Shown here piece by piece: positions 51,830-63,479 of a DNA stretch of 64,000 bases (within the stretch, counting starts at the first letter, position 1; each line of letters opens with the position of its first letter). The notes under the pieces are model-generated. The model searched no databases. It was given only the letters and a program-made list of their open reading frames with translations, and was not told the origin of the DNA. The stretch lies in NCBI GenBank assembly GCA_011109175.1, contig RDEW01000009.1:1382950-1446949 (forward strand). The letters are read 5' to 3'. Source of the stretch: Dicyema japonicum (Eukaryota > Animalia > Dicyemida). Made by a program: the position numbers and the translations under genes.

Positions 51830-53150
51830 AGTATCCTTCTTTTACGTGGATCTTTCACTTCCTTCTCGGACTGCGGGTTTGCTACTTCACCAGTGTAATG
51901 AGTTGCCCACTCTTCTAGTCGCTTCGACGTGCAAAGGATTTCCTCAATTGGTGTCTTGATTCTATGTTTGTGCTCGACAATCATACTTTCTAATGTTTTC
52001 CTTAATACCACTAATTGAATATAATCCCTTATTGGCACATCTATCGACAAACCTTTCAAATGATTTCTGTAGCACGTGAAGATAATCCTGTCCCATGTCA
52101 AGACTATTTTTACCATTTACATAAATTAGTAAGTTTGTGTGCCTTTTTGTATGTGTGTCAGATTTTATGTGCCTTAACCTTTAATAGTTAAAAGTAGGAT
52201 TATTGAAAATTCCCGATCATAAAAAAAATTCATTTGTCAATTAACAGTTGAAGAACAATAACAATGGTAATTTGAATATTTAATTCCTGTTTTCAGTTCA
52301 TACAAAAACAGAGTTTTTTTTAATTCCAGTTTCATTGGCATAAATATCCTTTCACATCCATATTGTCCAATTTTTTTTCACCACTACTTTTAATCTCCTA
52401 GTTGCTTCATAACCATCTAGGCATTATAAATCTCTGATTTTGATTAACCCTTTTTCTTTAAATGTCTTGTAAGTTAGCTAAGGATATTGCATGCCTTGTG
52501 CAAATAAGAGTCTGTAAAAATCACAATTTAATGATATTTATCAATCGGATTCCTCTGCAGGCGGATGAGAGAAGGATCTATTGTACGGCAGTGAGAATTG
52601 GAGACCACAAACATTGGATTGCTCGATTGATTAGGAGAACTGGGATCACCTAACTGTCTGACGTTTTTTTTCTTTCTTTCTCGGTGATCCTGGGGTTCTA
52701 AGTAAATAATGTTGGCTTTGCATCATTAATAGATCTTAGGGATATCATAATAACCATATGCAAAAATGCATTTACAACAAATTTGTATTATTAAGCTTTC
52801 TCATCTGCCATAGTAATGTTAAAGCATATATACGCAAGCTCATCTAGTCCATCCAGATACGAATCTTTTGGAGGTTCCCGTCGAGGACCATCTAGAGAGT
52901 GGTCCTTGGTCGATCATGGAATCTGGAACTGTCAAAGTCGAAAAAGTTCTTCATGGCCACATTACCTTGGGCTTCCAGTTCCATTCTCAGAAAGTGTTCA
53001 AAGCTTCCATCTAGCTTCTGTGATTTTAATCGGAATTGACGAACACTCATCCTCTCGTAAACAGTTCTGTTCAATAATCTAGAGCGCTTTTTGAATGAAT
53101 TATAACGCACGGGTAGAAATCTCAGTGGAGAAGTAAAGCAAAAGATATAC
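51830..53150 (-). mobile_element. Strongly decayed R4/NeSL-like RLE non-LTR element
   Basis: Fragments resemble the post-RT and RLE C-terminal regions (HLKGLSIDVPIRDYIQLVVLRKTLES) but contain many stops. Confidence 0.4.
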
Positions 53151-53429
53151 AAATGCTTATCGTACTATCATAATTTATAATTGGGGGACATGAGGCTAGC
53201 CGAAACAGGTTATGGAGAGTATTGATAGTTTTCACCGCATCATGCTTCGGTAGCAACTCAATGTACTATAAAAGCAAATTATAATAATTTATGTAACACC
53301 GAAGCACTATCGATTGAAATCCGACGGAGACTGTTCAGTCACATTTTGAGGATGATGAAGTCTCCATTTTTATAGACACTAAATGATAGTTATCATGGAT
53401 GATTTCACAACTTCCTTCTCGTTGGTCCA

Positions 53430-54220
53430 CGACGAGGAACTTCAATTTTCCGTCCCGCACGGGTTACCCATCCACTGCTGGTTACATTTCACCTGTCAAT
53501 CACGTCACTTGTCATTTCTTATCAAAAATCAAAGAATTTACGACATGTCACTTATCATCTAATCAACACTAATTGGCTTCTAATCAAAAATCAAAGAATG
53601 TATTTTTTAAAGTCTATATTTTCTTGACTCGATTCATGTTGACTATTTTCAATTTTCCTGATCCTGCCTTAATCGGTGACAAAAATAAATAAATATACCT
53701 CTATTCGGTTGTTAGACAAAATTTGAGTAATTTTACTTAGCTCTTCATTTGGAGATTCAAATCTGCTCAACCTTAGCGATGGATTAGTCCCATAATCCTT
53801 TAAAACTCGTATCTAAATTTATTCACTAAAAATACCTCATTTCCAATAGAAAAATCGGTTGTAGGAAAAAAGGTCAAGTGGAAAAAAAGTCAAGTATTGA
53901 AAAAATTTTTAAAAATTAAAAGATGCTAGTAGTATCACAAAAATGCGATATAAACTAAAAAAAGACGACTTGACTTTTTTTCCGCTTGACTTTTTTTCCG
54001 CACTCCGAAAAATCATACTCTGATGAACGTTGTGTCTATCAGAAAACAGCGGACGAAGGCCGTCTATCAGGTTTTCAAATTTTCCGTCTTTGAGGTATAA
54101 TCGACCATCAATGACAATAAATTTCTCGGATTTTTTCATTAATTTGTATTTCGCTTGTCTTGAAGATATCTGTACAGAATCACCATTAGAATGCTCACTA
54201 TGGATTTATGTTCTATAATA
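53430..54220 (-). mobile_element. Truncated second copy of the 42111 Ginger-type internal region
   Basis: Reverse complement matches 42190-42590 (MKKSEKFIVIDGRLYLKDGKFENLID). No TIR is retained. Confidence 0.75.
53856..54007. mobile_element. 152-bp MITE with CGG...CCG ends (second copy ~55292-55420)
   Basis: Terminal and subterminal GGAAAAAAAGTCAAG repeats in inverted arrangement. 6-bp TSD AAAAAT, with the empty site visible at ~42403-42412. Confidence 0.8.
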
Positions 54221-54374
54221 TTTTTGACAAAGCCTATTATTATCATCATAAACCAAACCAAAACTAAATTTATTCCAAAGTAAGTAAGTAAGGAGTTATT
54301 TTTAAGATATTTAAACGTGTCCGCCTATGCGGCCTGGACACTTCCGATGTATCCACACTCCATTTAGTTATCTT

Positions 54375-55290
54375 CTATCGTCGGATCCCATTGATTCTTT
54401 TCTCTACGATGTTTTTAACAGGAGTTAGAATCATGTCTTCTTCAGTGCTGAGAACATCCCAGAGCCTTTTTCCTAGAGCCAACTTTATTGCCGACCTTCT
54501 GGTTTTTTCCATGAGAAACATTATTCTTTCTCTTTGGCAAGAGAAAAACCATGCTTCGCATCCATATTGCAGTTCCGGTAGGATGATCCTCATGAAGATG
54601 AACAAAAAGGTTTCCAGGCTTACAAGCAACTTTCTCGTGCATAAGAGTGCTTGAAGCGCCTTCTTCCTTCTTCGTCTTATGTCCTTCATGAAGGAACCAT
54701 TTCCATCGATTGCTATCCCGAGGTAGCGCATTGAGTTTACTTTAGGAATCTCTAATGAGTAAGGCTGCTTCTGATGCCTCCTTAGGCGACTCACTCGTAG
54801 AGAGCTGGATTTCTCCGAAGACAATCTCATCCCTCTTTTTGTGCAACAGTCCTGAACTTGTCCAATGAATGACATGATCCTTTTCTCCGAAAGAGTTGAT
54901 TTGCTAGATGTATCTGTGATCAGAATATCATCGACGTATATCAATAGATTTGTGTTTATATCCGCTGGAGTTGGAAAATCTGATAGGAATATGTTGAATA
55001 GCAGAGGGCTCAGCACGGAACCCTGAGGAACTCTCCTCTTTAGTATGATGTCTTTCGAAATATGTGCTCCAACACGTACTTGGGAAATCCGCCCTGTTAG
55101 GAAATCTCTTATCCAAATGAGAAGTTTCTTTTGGATCTGAGCAGCTGCTAGCCTTGATAGGAGTGCTTCATGCCACACACTATCGAAAGCCTTGGACAGA
55201 TCCAAACATACCAGGTTGACTAGTCTTTTGACTTCCAGACCTCTCAATACCGTTGGATGCATCTGGTAGATACAGTCCGTGCATGATTTT
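54375..55290 (-). mobile_element. LINE reverse transcriptase, C-terminal two-thirds
   Basis: CLDLSKAFDSVWH, VPQGSVLSPLLFNIF, YVDD and YLGI (ORF 54375-55313). Confidence 0.9.
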
Positions 55291-58129
55291 CCGGTTGTAG
55301 GAAAAAAAGTCAAGCGGAAAAAAAGTCAAGTTGTCTTTTTTTAGTTTATATCGCATTTTTGTGATACTACTAGCATCTTTTAATTTTTAAAATTTTTTTC
55401 AATACTTGACTTTTTTTCCATTTTTGAAAATTTTTCCCTTATAAATTTTCGAAATTTAGCGCAAAACGGAAAAAAAGTCAAGCCCGTTAACGTTGTCCAG
55501 GCCGCATAGGCGGACACGAAGAAAATTTGAATTATTATGTATTGTTTTGAATAGACATTTGTGGTATAAGAGATTGAGGGAATCAAAAATGGAATGACAT
55601 CATTGAAGACGTTAAGGAGTTTATTTAATTCCTCATAGAGTTTTGGACATGTTCCTTCGACGTGGAACAAGTCATTGTACGGATGATCAAAAGAAGGGAA
55701 AGTCTAGTTTAAATTCAGAAAGTTATAAGCCAATTATCCTGGACCAATATTTTGAACAAGAATGCTCATTTGACCCTTATGGAAACGGCGATGCATGGCT
55801 GAAAGCGTTCTCATCATAGTCAATTGGTTCCCATCTGGAACAGAACACCCTCCGAAGTGGGATAACCATCTGTCTCTGGATCGACCTGTCCCAGCCTCAT
55901 CCATCCCGTTGTGCATCTGTTGTAGACTGCAAAGGACTTCCTTCGCTCTCTTGCCGTCTCAACAATGACCGGTCCCGGGGCATGCCTCCATCAACGAGGT
56001 TGTGAAGCGCTCTCTTGATGCGCTCGATTCACCATCATCTCTGGAACCGATTGGCCTGGATCGTGGAAATGGAAAGCACCCGGACGGGTTTTTTGTTGTT
56101 TTCCTCCTCTTGTTTTGTTCAGCCTTTTTGGCGACTGGACATTTTCAATATATAGCATATTGTTTTGTCGAACCACAATTGATGCAATTCATTCTGGTCC
56201 CAGGTGTCTCGCAACATTCGTTTTCCTCTACACAACGGAGACATTCTAATTGTTTTTTAATTCATAAGAGTATGTTGTATTTGCTTTATTATATATGTGT
56301 GCTCCTGATGACGTGTCCCTTAAGATGCAACAACAGTTCAATGCACGTCTATAGATTCATAAATTAAAATTATTCCAAAGACCAAGGGCAACCAAACTAA
56401 AGAACTTGTCTCCAGGTAACGATATTGTCCTCCGGAGAAGAATAGTTGGATACTTTTGATGCCGGCCAGGTATTGGGCGTATTCTCAGTAAGATGGATAC
56501 AATGGAGGAAAAAAAATAATTTTTGACAAAATAGCCACATAATACCACATTGCGCTACGTGGCTATTTATAGATTATTCACGAGTTAAAAATAATATACT
56601 AGACCATGTGCACGCTCCGGGTTGTCGCGAGCTTCGATTATTTAACAAACGACGTTAGTCTCTTCTGGGACCTCCACAGCCCGGACTTGTATACTTATTA
56701 GAGCTCAATGTTGTATGTATATATGTGTCACGATAACTCAGGTGTCTAGTTTTAATTTAAAGTGCTTAGGAGATTTGAAATAAGTATTTATCATTGCATT
56801 TGTAAGAAGATTATTATTACCCCCAGGATCACTGGGTCAAAGAGAAAGAAATAAAAGTTCTCATCTAACTAAGTGATCCCAGACCGACAAAGGAGAGGAC
56901 GAGTCGGGCGGGGTCAAGAATGCTCCTTAAGAGTTTCCATTGTAATTCGATTAAGAAATTTTCAATGGACTGGATTTTGTGTTCTGGTCCAATTAGCCTT
57001 ATTGCAGTCTTCTCGATTGCGGATAGTTTCAATGAGGAGAATCGTGAAATCTTTATTGAGTCTTCTATTTTATCCAAAACAATACTTTCAAGGATTTTTG
57101 AGACCGGACTTCGAAGAAGAGTGTTTAAATAAGCAGTTTAAAAAATCAAGTTTTGATTTTTTACCCACGTAGGCTGTCTCCCATTCTCCCTTATCTCCGG
57201 GATCTCTGGGATCTTTTATTAGTGCCTAGAAATGACTAAAGTGGAATGTTTTTTGAAATTAGCATTGAAGGTCACGCCACCTGACAGGATGATATTAATC
57301 GAAATTTTTAGTAACTCACTCACTTTTTCGACAATGTTTTTATTTGTTCAAAACTTTTTTAAAATTAAGTTCAGTCCATGTATCAGCGAGTTATGGTGGC
57401 ACAAACATACAACATTTGAGCTTCAATTAGTAAATGGATTGTTTTCACAAGCTTTAATAAAATAATAAACTTTTATTAAGGAATGATAAAAAAAGTAAAC
57501 GGTTATATAGCGGCTGCCCTGACTGCGTGACTATTCCCTCTTAGGATAGCGAGCGAGATTCGCTCAAATAACCAGCAGCGCTCACGAGGGTCTCCTGTTC
57601 GTGTAGCGACCCGATTCCCTAGACTTCGTCATCGTATATATCACCAAGGTAACCATACGAAGAGTGTCTTTGGTAAATGGGAAGATTTCCATCCCGTCTG
57701 TTCTCCAATTTCCACGATAAAGTATAACAGGTTCGATGTCGAAGGAACTCATCAGCTTCAAGACCATGTTTAGTGACATCATTTATGGTTACCTGCATGG
57801 GAAATCATCCAGGGCTCTTTGCGGGAAAGGGAGTGAATTCATTATCGATCGATAATCTTCTGGACAAACACATTAGAACCCCATCCAGAAGTGGTGACTC
57901 CCCAACCTCACCAGATCTCTTCCCACCTATTACTCCCACAATCACGTTGGAAATCAATTATGATTTACATATGGATCACAATCCAATACTCTCAAGAGTC
58001 CTGGGAGAACATAAGATGACTAGAACCTTAATTCATGCTCTTAAAAAAATTCACGTTTTTTTAAATTGTTTAAAACTTATAAAATGTAATTTTTAATCAA
58101 AAATATTCTATGAATCAAAAGTTATAAAG

Positions 58130-59280
58130 TCAAAAAAACGTCCAAATTTTGGGTAATGTCAAAAAGTCTTATTAGTTAGCTTCTTTCAACCTCCACGGTT
58201 ACACGCAATCGACCTCAGCTCGTCCAGATTGTCTCCCGTCTTTAGGCATTTCCTCACTTTTTGGAAGTCTTTGTGTAGTATGATTGGGAGTGGATCATTG
58301 GTCGGTCACGGAAATATTTCCCCACAAACTTGAAGTGGTCTTCCATCGCCACATTCGATGGGGCAGCGAGATCCATAGGCAGAATGTTTCCAAACAATCT
58401 CCACCGGCGTCAGTGATCTCCAGGCTTACTCTTGCATTTTTATAAATTCCAGCTTTTAAGATCCTGGCAAACCACTGCTGCCAAATAACACTCTAAGCTA
58501 TCTTATGTGAAACGTATCTAGAGCTTTGATTCCGCAATCGAACAGGTCCAAGTACCAGCATAATATGCTAGAATTGGTTTCACAAATGCATAAACATGCG
58601 CATCGGTATATTAACAGCAAGTCCAATCAGCCATCCTTTTTGAGTTTTTGCATTGCTATTCCTGAAAGTGTTTTTTATGTCTTATGTATCTCCCAGTGGG
58701 GATCAAAGTTTATTAGTATGTCGCCAACGTTCATAAACGATGTTGATTATTTTTTTGATTTCGGCTTGTCCAGGTTTACGATTAGGAACTATTCAATCAA
58801 TTTGTCAGGCACATTTTTCACCAGATGTGAGAGAGCTTCTGCATCCACGGATATAAAATCCACATCATCCGGGTACACGACCTCCTCTAATTTTCCTTCG
58901 TGACACGTACTTAGATCCAATTAGTGTAACTTAGAGATATATCACAAATAGTAGAAAGAATCTCCATGAAGAGAACCGATTGTAGTTTTGAAAGGCCTGG
59001 ATATAGCTCTTCCAATCCTGCCTGACAGATCGGTACTAGATAGCAGTACTCGAATAATCCTTTGTAGCGATTGGTCCACAAATTGTTTTAAGGCAACCAC
59101 TAGCTTTTGTCTGCTACTAGTCTCGAAAGCTCTTGACATATCGATCCCGGATTGTCGTGGCATTTTTAATATCTTTGAGCTGTTCCACATTTCCACTTAT
59201 GGCTCCACAGAATATCCGCGGTCGACTTTCCTTCGGGGAATCCACCATAACTTGCTTACAGGTATTTTCCTGCAGGATGC
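58130..59280 (-). mobile_element. RTE-clade LINE RT remnant
   Basis: GIDMSRAFETSSRQKL...FKTTIGSLHGDS resembles RT motifs 3-4 and is frameshifted. Confidence 0.55.
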
Positions 59281-59423
59281 TTTAAGCGGTTCAAAGCAAC
59301 AGATGTAAGAACTTTGCGAAATGTGTTTAACAACATGACTGGAAATTAATCCAAAAAGGCTAAAATCTAAATATTCAAATATTAATTTTTATGATGCTAA
59401 TAAAGAAACCGAATTTTTACCCA

Positions 59424-60754
59424 TCAAAAAACAAGAATTAAACTAATTAATATCTTGGATTGTTGAAAAATTCAACATTTGTTTCAATCGTCGAATCTAA
59501 AAATAATCATTAATGAACCATTTGAATTTGCTGGCGTTGTTGATTCTTAAAATAATATTTAATTAAACCATTTGAATTTGCTGGAGTTGTTGATCTTAAA
59601 ATAATATTTAATGAACCATTTGAATTGCTAATCTTAAATAACATTTAATGAACCATTTGAATGTGCTGGAAAAAAGTAATTAAATACATTATTCGCAACT
59701 TAAGTATAATCTTAGATTAAACCATTTGATAATTTTTCCCTAACCTTCAGTTGAGAGATTATATAAGATCCTCAAAATAATCATTAATCAAACGAGTAGA
59801 ATATGGTGGCGTCGTAGGATCTCAAAATAATAATTAATTAAACCAGTAGAATATTGTGGCGTCGTAGGATCTCAAAATAATAATTAATTAAACCATGTGA
59901 ATATGTTGGCATTGTTGTTTCTTAAAATAATCATTAATGAACCATTTGAATGTTCTGGCATTGTTGATTCTTAAAATAATATTTAATGAACCATTTGAAT
60001 GTGCTGGCGTTGTTGATTCTTAAATTAATATTTAATGAACCATTTGAATTTGCTGGAGTTGTTGATTCTTAAATAATATTTAATGAACCATTTGATTGTG
60101 CTGGTGTTGTTGATTCTTAAAATAATATTTAATGAACCATTTGAATGTGCTGGCGTTGTTGATTCTTAAATTAATATTTAATCAACCATTTGAATTTGCT
60201 GGCGTTGTTGATTCTTAAATTAATATTTAATGAACCATTTGAATTTGCTGGAGTTGTTGATTCTTAAAATATTTAATGAACCATTTGAATGAACCATTTG
60301 AATGTTCTGGCATTGTTGATTCTTAAAATAATATTTAATGAACCATTTGAATGTGCTGGCGTTGTTGATTCTTAAATTAACATTTAATAAACCATTTGAA
60401 TGTGCTAGAAAAATCTAATTAACTAGATTATTCGCAACTTAAATATAATCTTAGATTAAACCATTTGATATTTTTTTCCGTAACCACTCCAGTTGAGAGA
60501 TTATATGAGATCCTCAAATAATCATTAATCAAACCATTAGAATATTGTGGCGTCGTAGGATCTCAAAATAATAATTAATTAAACCATGTGAATATGTTGG
60601 CATTGTTGTTTCTTAAAATAATCATTAATGAACCATTTGTAGTAATTTCACTCCTAGATCCAACGAGATTCTCTGTATGTCTGAAACCTAAAGTTACTTA
60701 TAAATATTTACTTGCGTATCCAGTTAAAAATAAAATAAACCAGGCGATTATCAT
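59424..60754 (-). CDS. Putative secreted or surface mucin-like protein encoded by 25 mostly symmetric micro-exons
   Basis: Exon 1 (60754-60712) encodes MIIAWFILFLTGYA. It is followed by 24 GT-AG introns (23 of 21-24 nt, one of 32) and fifteen exons of exactly 27 nt (ESTTPANSN-type), plus 45/48/51/54-nt exons. The tail is DSTIETN-ILISLILVF*. Lesions: TAG at 60415-60417 and broken units at 59569-59632. Confidence 0.75.
59497..60633. repeat. ~49-bp tandem repeat with ~740-bp higher-order duplication
   Basis: Unit AATGAACCATTTGAATTTGCTGGCGTTGTTGATTCTTAAAATAATATTT. Block 59645-59945 is similar to 60385-60640. Confidence 0.95.
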
Positions 60755-63220
60755 TTGAATGAAGCAGAATCACTTTATTATATATATATATCGAAGAATC
60801 TTAAATATTTGTGATTTCATAATTGTTATTTTTAGCTATTATCAGAAGCCATCATAGAATTATATAGTCCTCGTTTGACACATGGAATCTTCCAATAGAA
60901 TAATGATGAAAATAACATCGAGTTTGTATTTAAGATTTAATAATTAATAATTTTTATTTTCATTTTCCATTCTTTGTGAACGAAATATGAATATTTATCC
61001 TATTTTTATTAAAAAAAAGTCTATGTTATCCATCTTAAATAAATGATTTCCCGTTCCATCAAATCCCTCATTTGTCTGGTGTTCCTGTCCTTCATTTTAC
61101 TGCACTTGGAGTCTAAATGAATTAAAGGAGGAGCATTCTCAAATATCGAATAATTTGTTCGTATAGATATTTTCAGAAATCGCTCTTAGCTTAAACAAGA
61201 TTCTCTGTATGTCTGAAACCTAAAGTTACTTATATATATTTACTTCCGTATCCAGTTAAAATAAAATAAACCAGGCGATTATCATTTGAATGAAGCAGAA
61301 TCACTTGATTATATATATCGAAGAATCCTAAATATTTTTTTCTTAATTGTTATTTTTGGCTATTATCAGAAGCAAAGCAATCATAGAATTATATAGTCGT
61401 CAATTGATACAAGGAATCTTCAATAGAATAATGATGAAAATAACATCGAGTTTGTATTTAAGATTTAATAATTAATATTTTTTATTTTCATTTTCCATTC
61501 TTTGTGAACGAAATTGAATATTTAATTTTTTTATTTAAAAAAAAAGTCTATGTTATCCATCTTAAATAAATGATTTCCCGTTCCATCAAATCCCTCATTT
61601 GTCTGGTGTTCCTGTCCTTCATTTTACTGCACTTGGAGTCTAAATGAATTAAAGGAGGAGCATTCTCAAATATCGAATAATTTGTTCGTTTAGATATTTT
61701 CAGAAATCGCTCTTAGCTTAAACAAGATTCTCTGTATGTCTGAAACCTAAAGTTACTTATATATATTTACTTGCGTATCCAGTTAAAAATAAAATAAACC
61801 AGGCGATTATCATTTGAATGAAGCAGAATCACTTGATTATATATATCGAAGAATCCTAAATATTTTTTCTTAATTGTTATTTTTAGCTATTATCAGAAGC
61901 AAAGCAATCATAGAATTATATAGTCGTCAATTGATACAAGGAATCTTCAATAGAATAATGATGAAAATAACATCAAGTTTGTATTTAAGATTTAATAATT
62001 AATAATTTTTATTTTCATTTTCCATTCTTTGTGAACGAAATTTGAATATTTAATTTTTTTTTATTTAAAAAAAAGTTTATGTTATCCATCTTAAATAAAT
62101 GATTTCCCGTTCCATCAAATCCCTCATTTGTCTGGTGTTCCTGTCCTTCATTTTACTGCACTTGGAGTCTAAATGAATTAAAGGAGGAGCATTCTCAAAT
62201 ATCGAATAATTTGTTCGTATAGATATTTTCAGAAATCGCTCTTAGCTTAACAAGATTCTCTGTATGTCTGAAACCTAAAGTTACTTATATATATTTACTC
62301 CCGACCGCAACCGGTCGTACTCCGCCGCCCTTCTTATCAAAGGCTATCAAATTGGCGGAGAATATGACATGGCGGATAACATCGGAAAGTACTTCAGATA
62401 GGATCCAGTTCACAAGTGAAGTAATTGAATTCGTAAGACCAAGTCCCTGGTCCTTAGATCTTTCAGATGGCCAGGTCTCATTCCGTCGAGCCCGCCACTA
62501 CTAAGGCAAAATTCCGTATTGCGATGAGAACTTTCTCCGGATGGGAGAGCGACTTGAAGTAGGTTGTGGGGTGGCAGAGAATGCTTGTTTAGTAAAATAT
62601 GTTAGAAGTCAGGAGTCGGTTTTCGCGGTCCATAGAAAAAAGTAACTTGGTAGCTGCGTGGGTACCACCTTCAAATAATTTCGACCGAACAGTTCTCTTG
62701 AGACGGGGCACTTTAACTTCCTGGACGATGTGTCTCCCGCGTACGGNTTTTCTTGCGTATCCAGTTGAAAATAAAATAAACCAGGCGATTATCATTTGAA
62801 TGAAGCAGAATCACTTGATTATATATATCGAAGAATCCTAAATATTTTTTCTTAATTGTTATTTTTAGCTATTATCAGAAGCAAAGCAATCATAGAATTA
62901 TATAGTCGTCAATTGATACAAGGAATCTTCCAATAGGATAATGATGAAAATAACATCAAGTTTGATTTAAGATTTAATAATTAATAATTTTTATTTTCTT
63001 TTTCCATTCTTTGTGAACGAAATATGAATATTTAACCTATTTTTATTAAAAAAAAGTCTATGTTATCCATCTTAAATAAATGATTTCCCGTTCCATCAAA
63101 TCCCTCATTTGTCTGGTGTTCCTGTCCTTCATATTACTGCACTTGGAGTCTAAATGAATTAAAGGAGGCCCATTCTCAAATATCGGAGAATTTGTACGTA
63201 TAGATATTCACCAGAAATCG
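60662..63220. repeat. ~530-bp tandem repeat, 4 units
   Basis: Units start at ~60662, 61196, 61721 and 62251. The fourth is interrupted at 62300 and resumes after the N at 62747. Confidence 0.95.
62300..62746 (-). mobile_element. CRE-like RT fragment
   Basis: SSGGLDGMRPGHLKDL and ANLIAFDKKGGGVRPVAVG motifs. Its right edge abuts a single N. Confidence 0.75.
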
Positions 63221-63479
63221 CATACACAAGAGATATATAGTTCGATGAACTAGCTGTACACTTTCCTTAGAACCTGGCGAATACAGATCCCGTAAAACAT
63301 AAGACATATTAGGAGTTGTAGTGAAATTATCATAAGAAAAAAATAAAATGATCATTTTAATATTTTGTCACCAATGAAAAGAAAATATAATGATTCAGAT
63401 GTCTTATGCAAACTTTGGATAATAAAAATCAAATTAAATATTAACAATTTATTTTGGAAAAAAGTTAGAAAATGATCAT

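Noticed and set aside
59943-60370. Gln-rich reading (NQQRQQIQM)n of the micro-exons with phase-0 introns
   Set aside because: Also open within the 27-nt exons, but unit variation is non-synonymous in that frame, both longer 48/51-nt exons contain TAA, and it does not join the signal-peptide exon. It cannot be fully excluded without cDNA.
59497-60633. CRISPR-like array
   Set aside because: Eukaryotic context, units are directly adjacent without unique spacers, and no cas genes. The exon/intron reading explains the periodicity.
61043-61120. Plus-strand 25-aa hydrophobic mini-ORF (MISRSIKSLICLVFLSFILLHLESK) and other plus-strand spliced paths in the 530-bp unit
   Set aside because: Several mutually exclusive frames can be built by free choice of micro-introns in AT-rich DNA, and none extends to a coherent protein.
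61190-61230. U6-like ACAGAGA box or spliced-leader RNA gene in the 530-bp unit
   Set aside because: Only 7-9 nt match, with no U6 flanking sequence and no conserved Sm site. The segment is exon 2 of the mucin-like gene.
62300-62750. Clean CRE insertion into the fourth 530-bp unit
   Set aside because: The right junction is an N (62747) and no TSD is visible, so adjacency is unproven.
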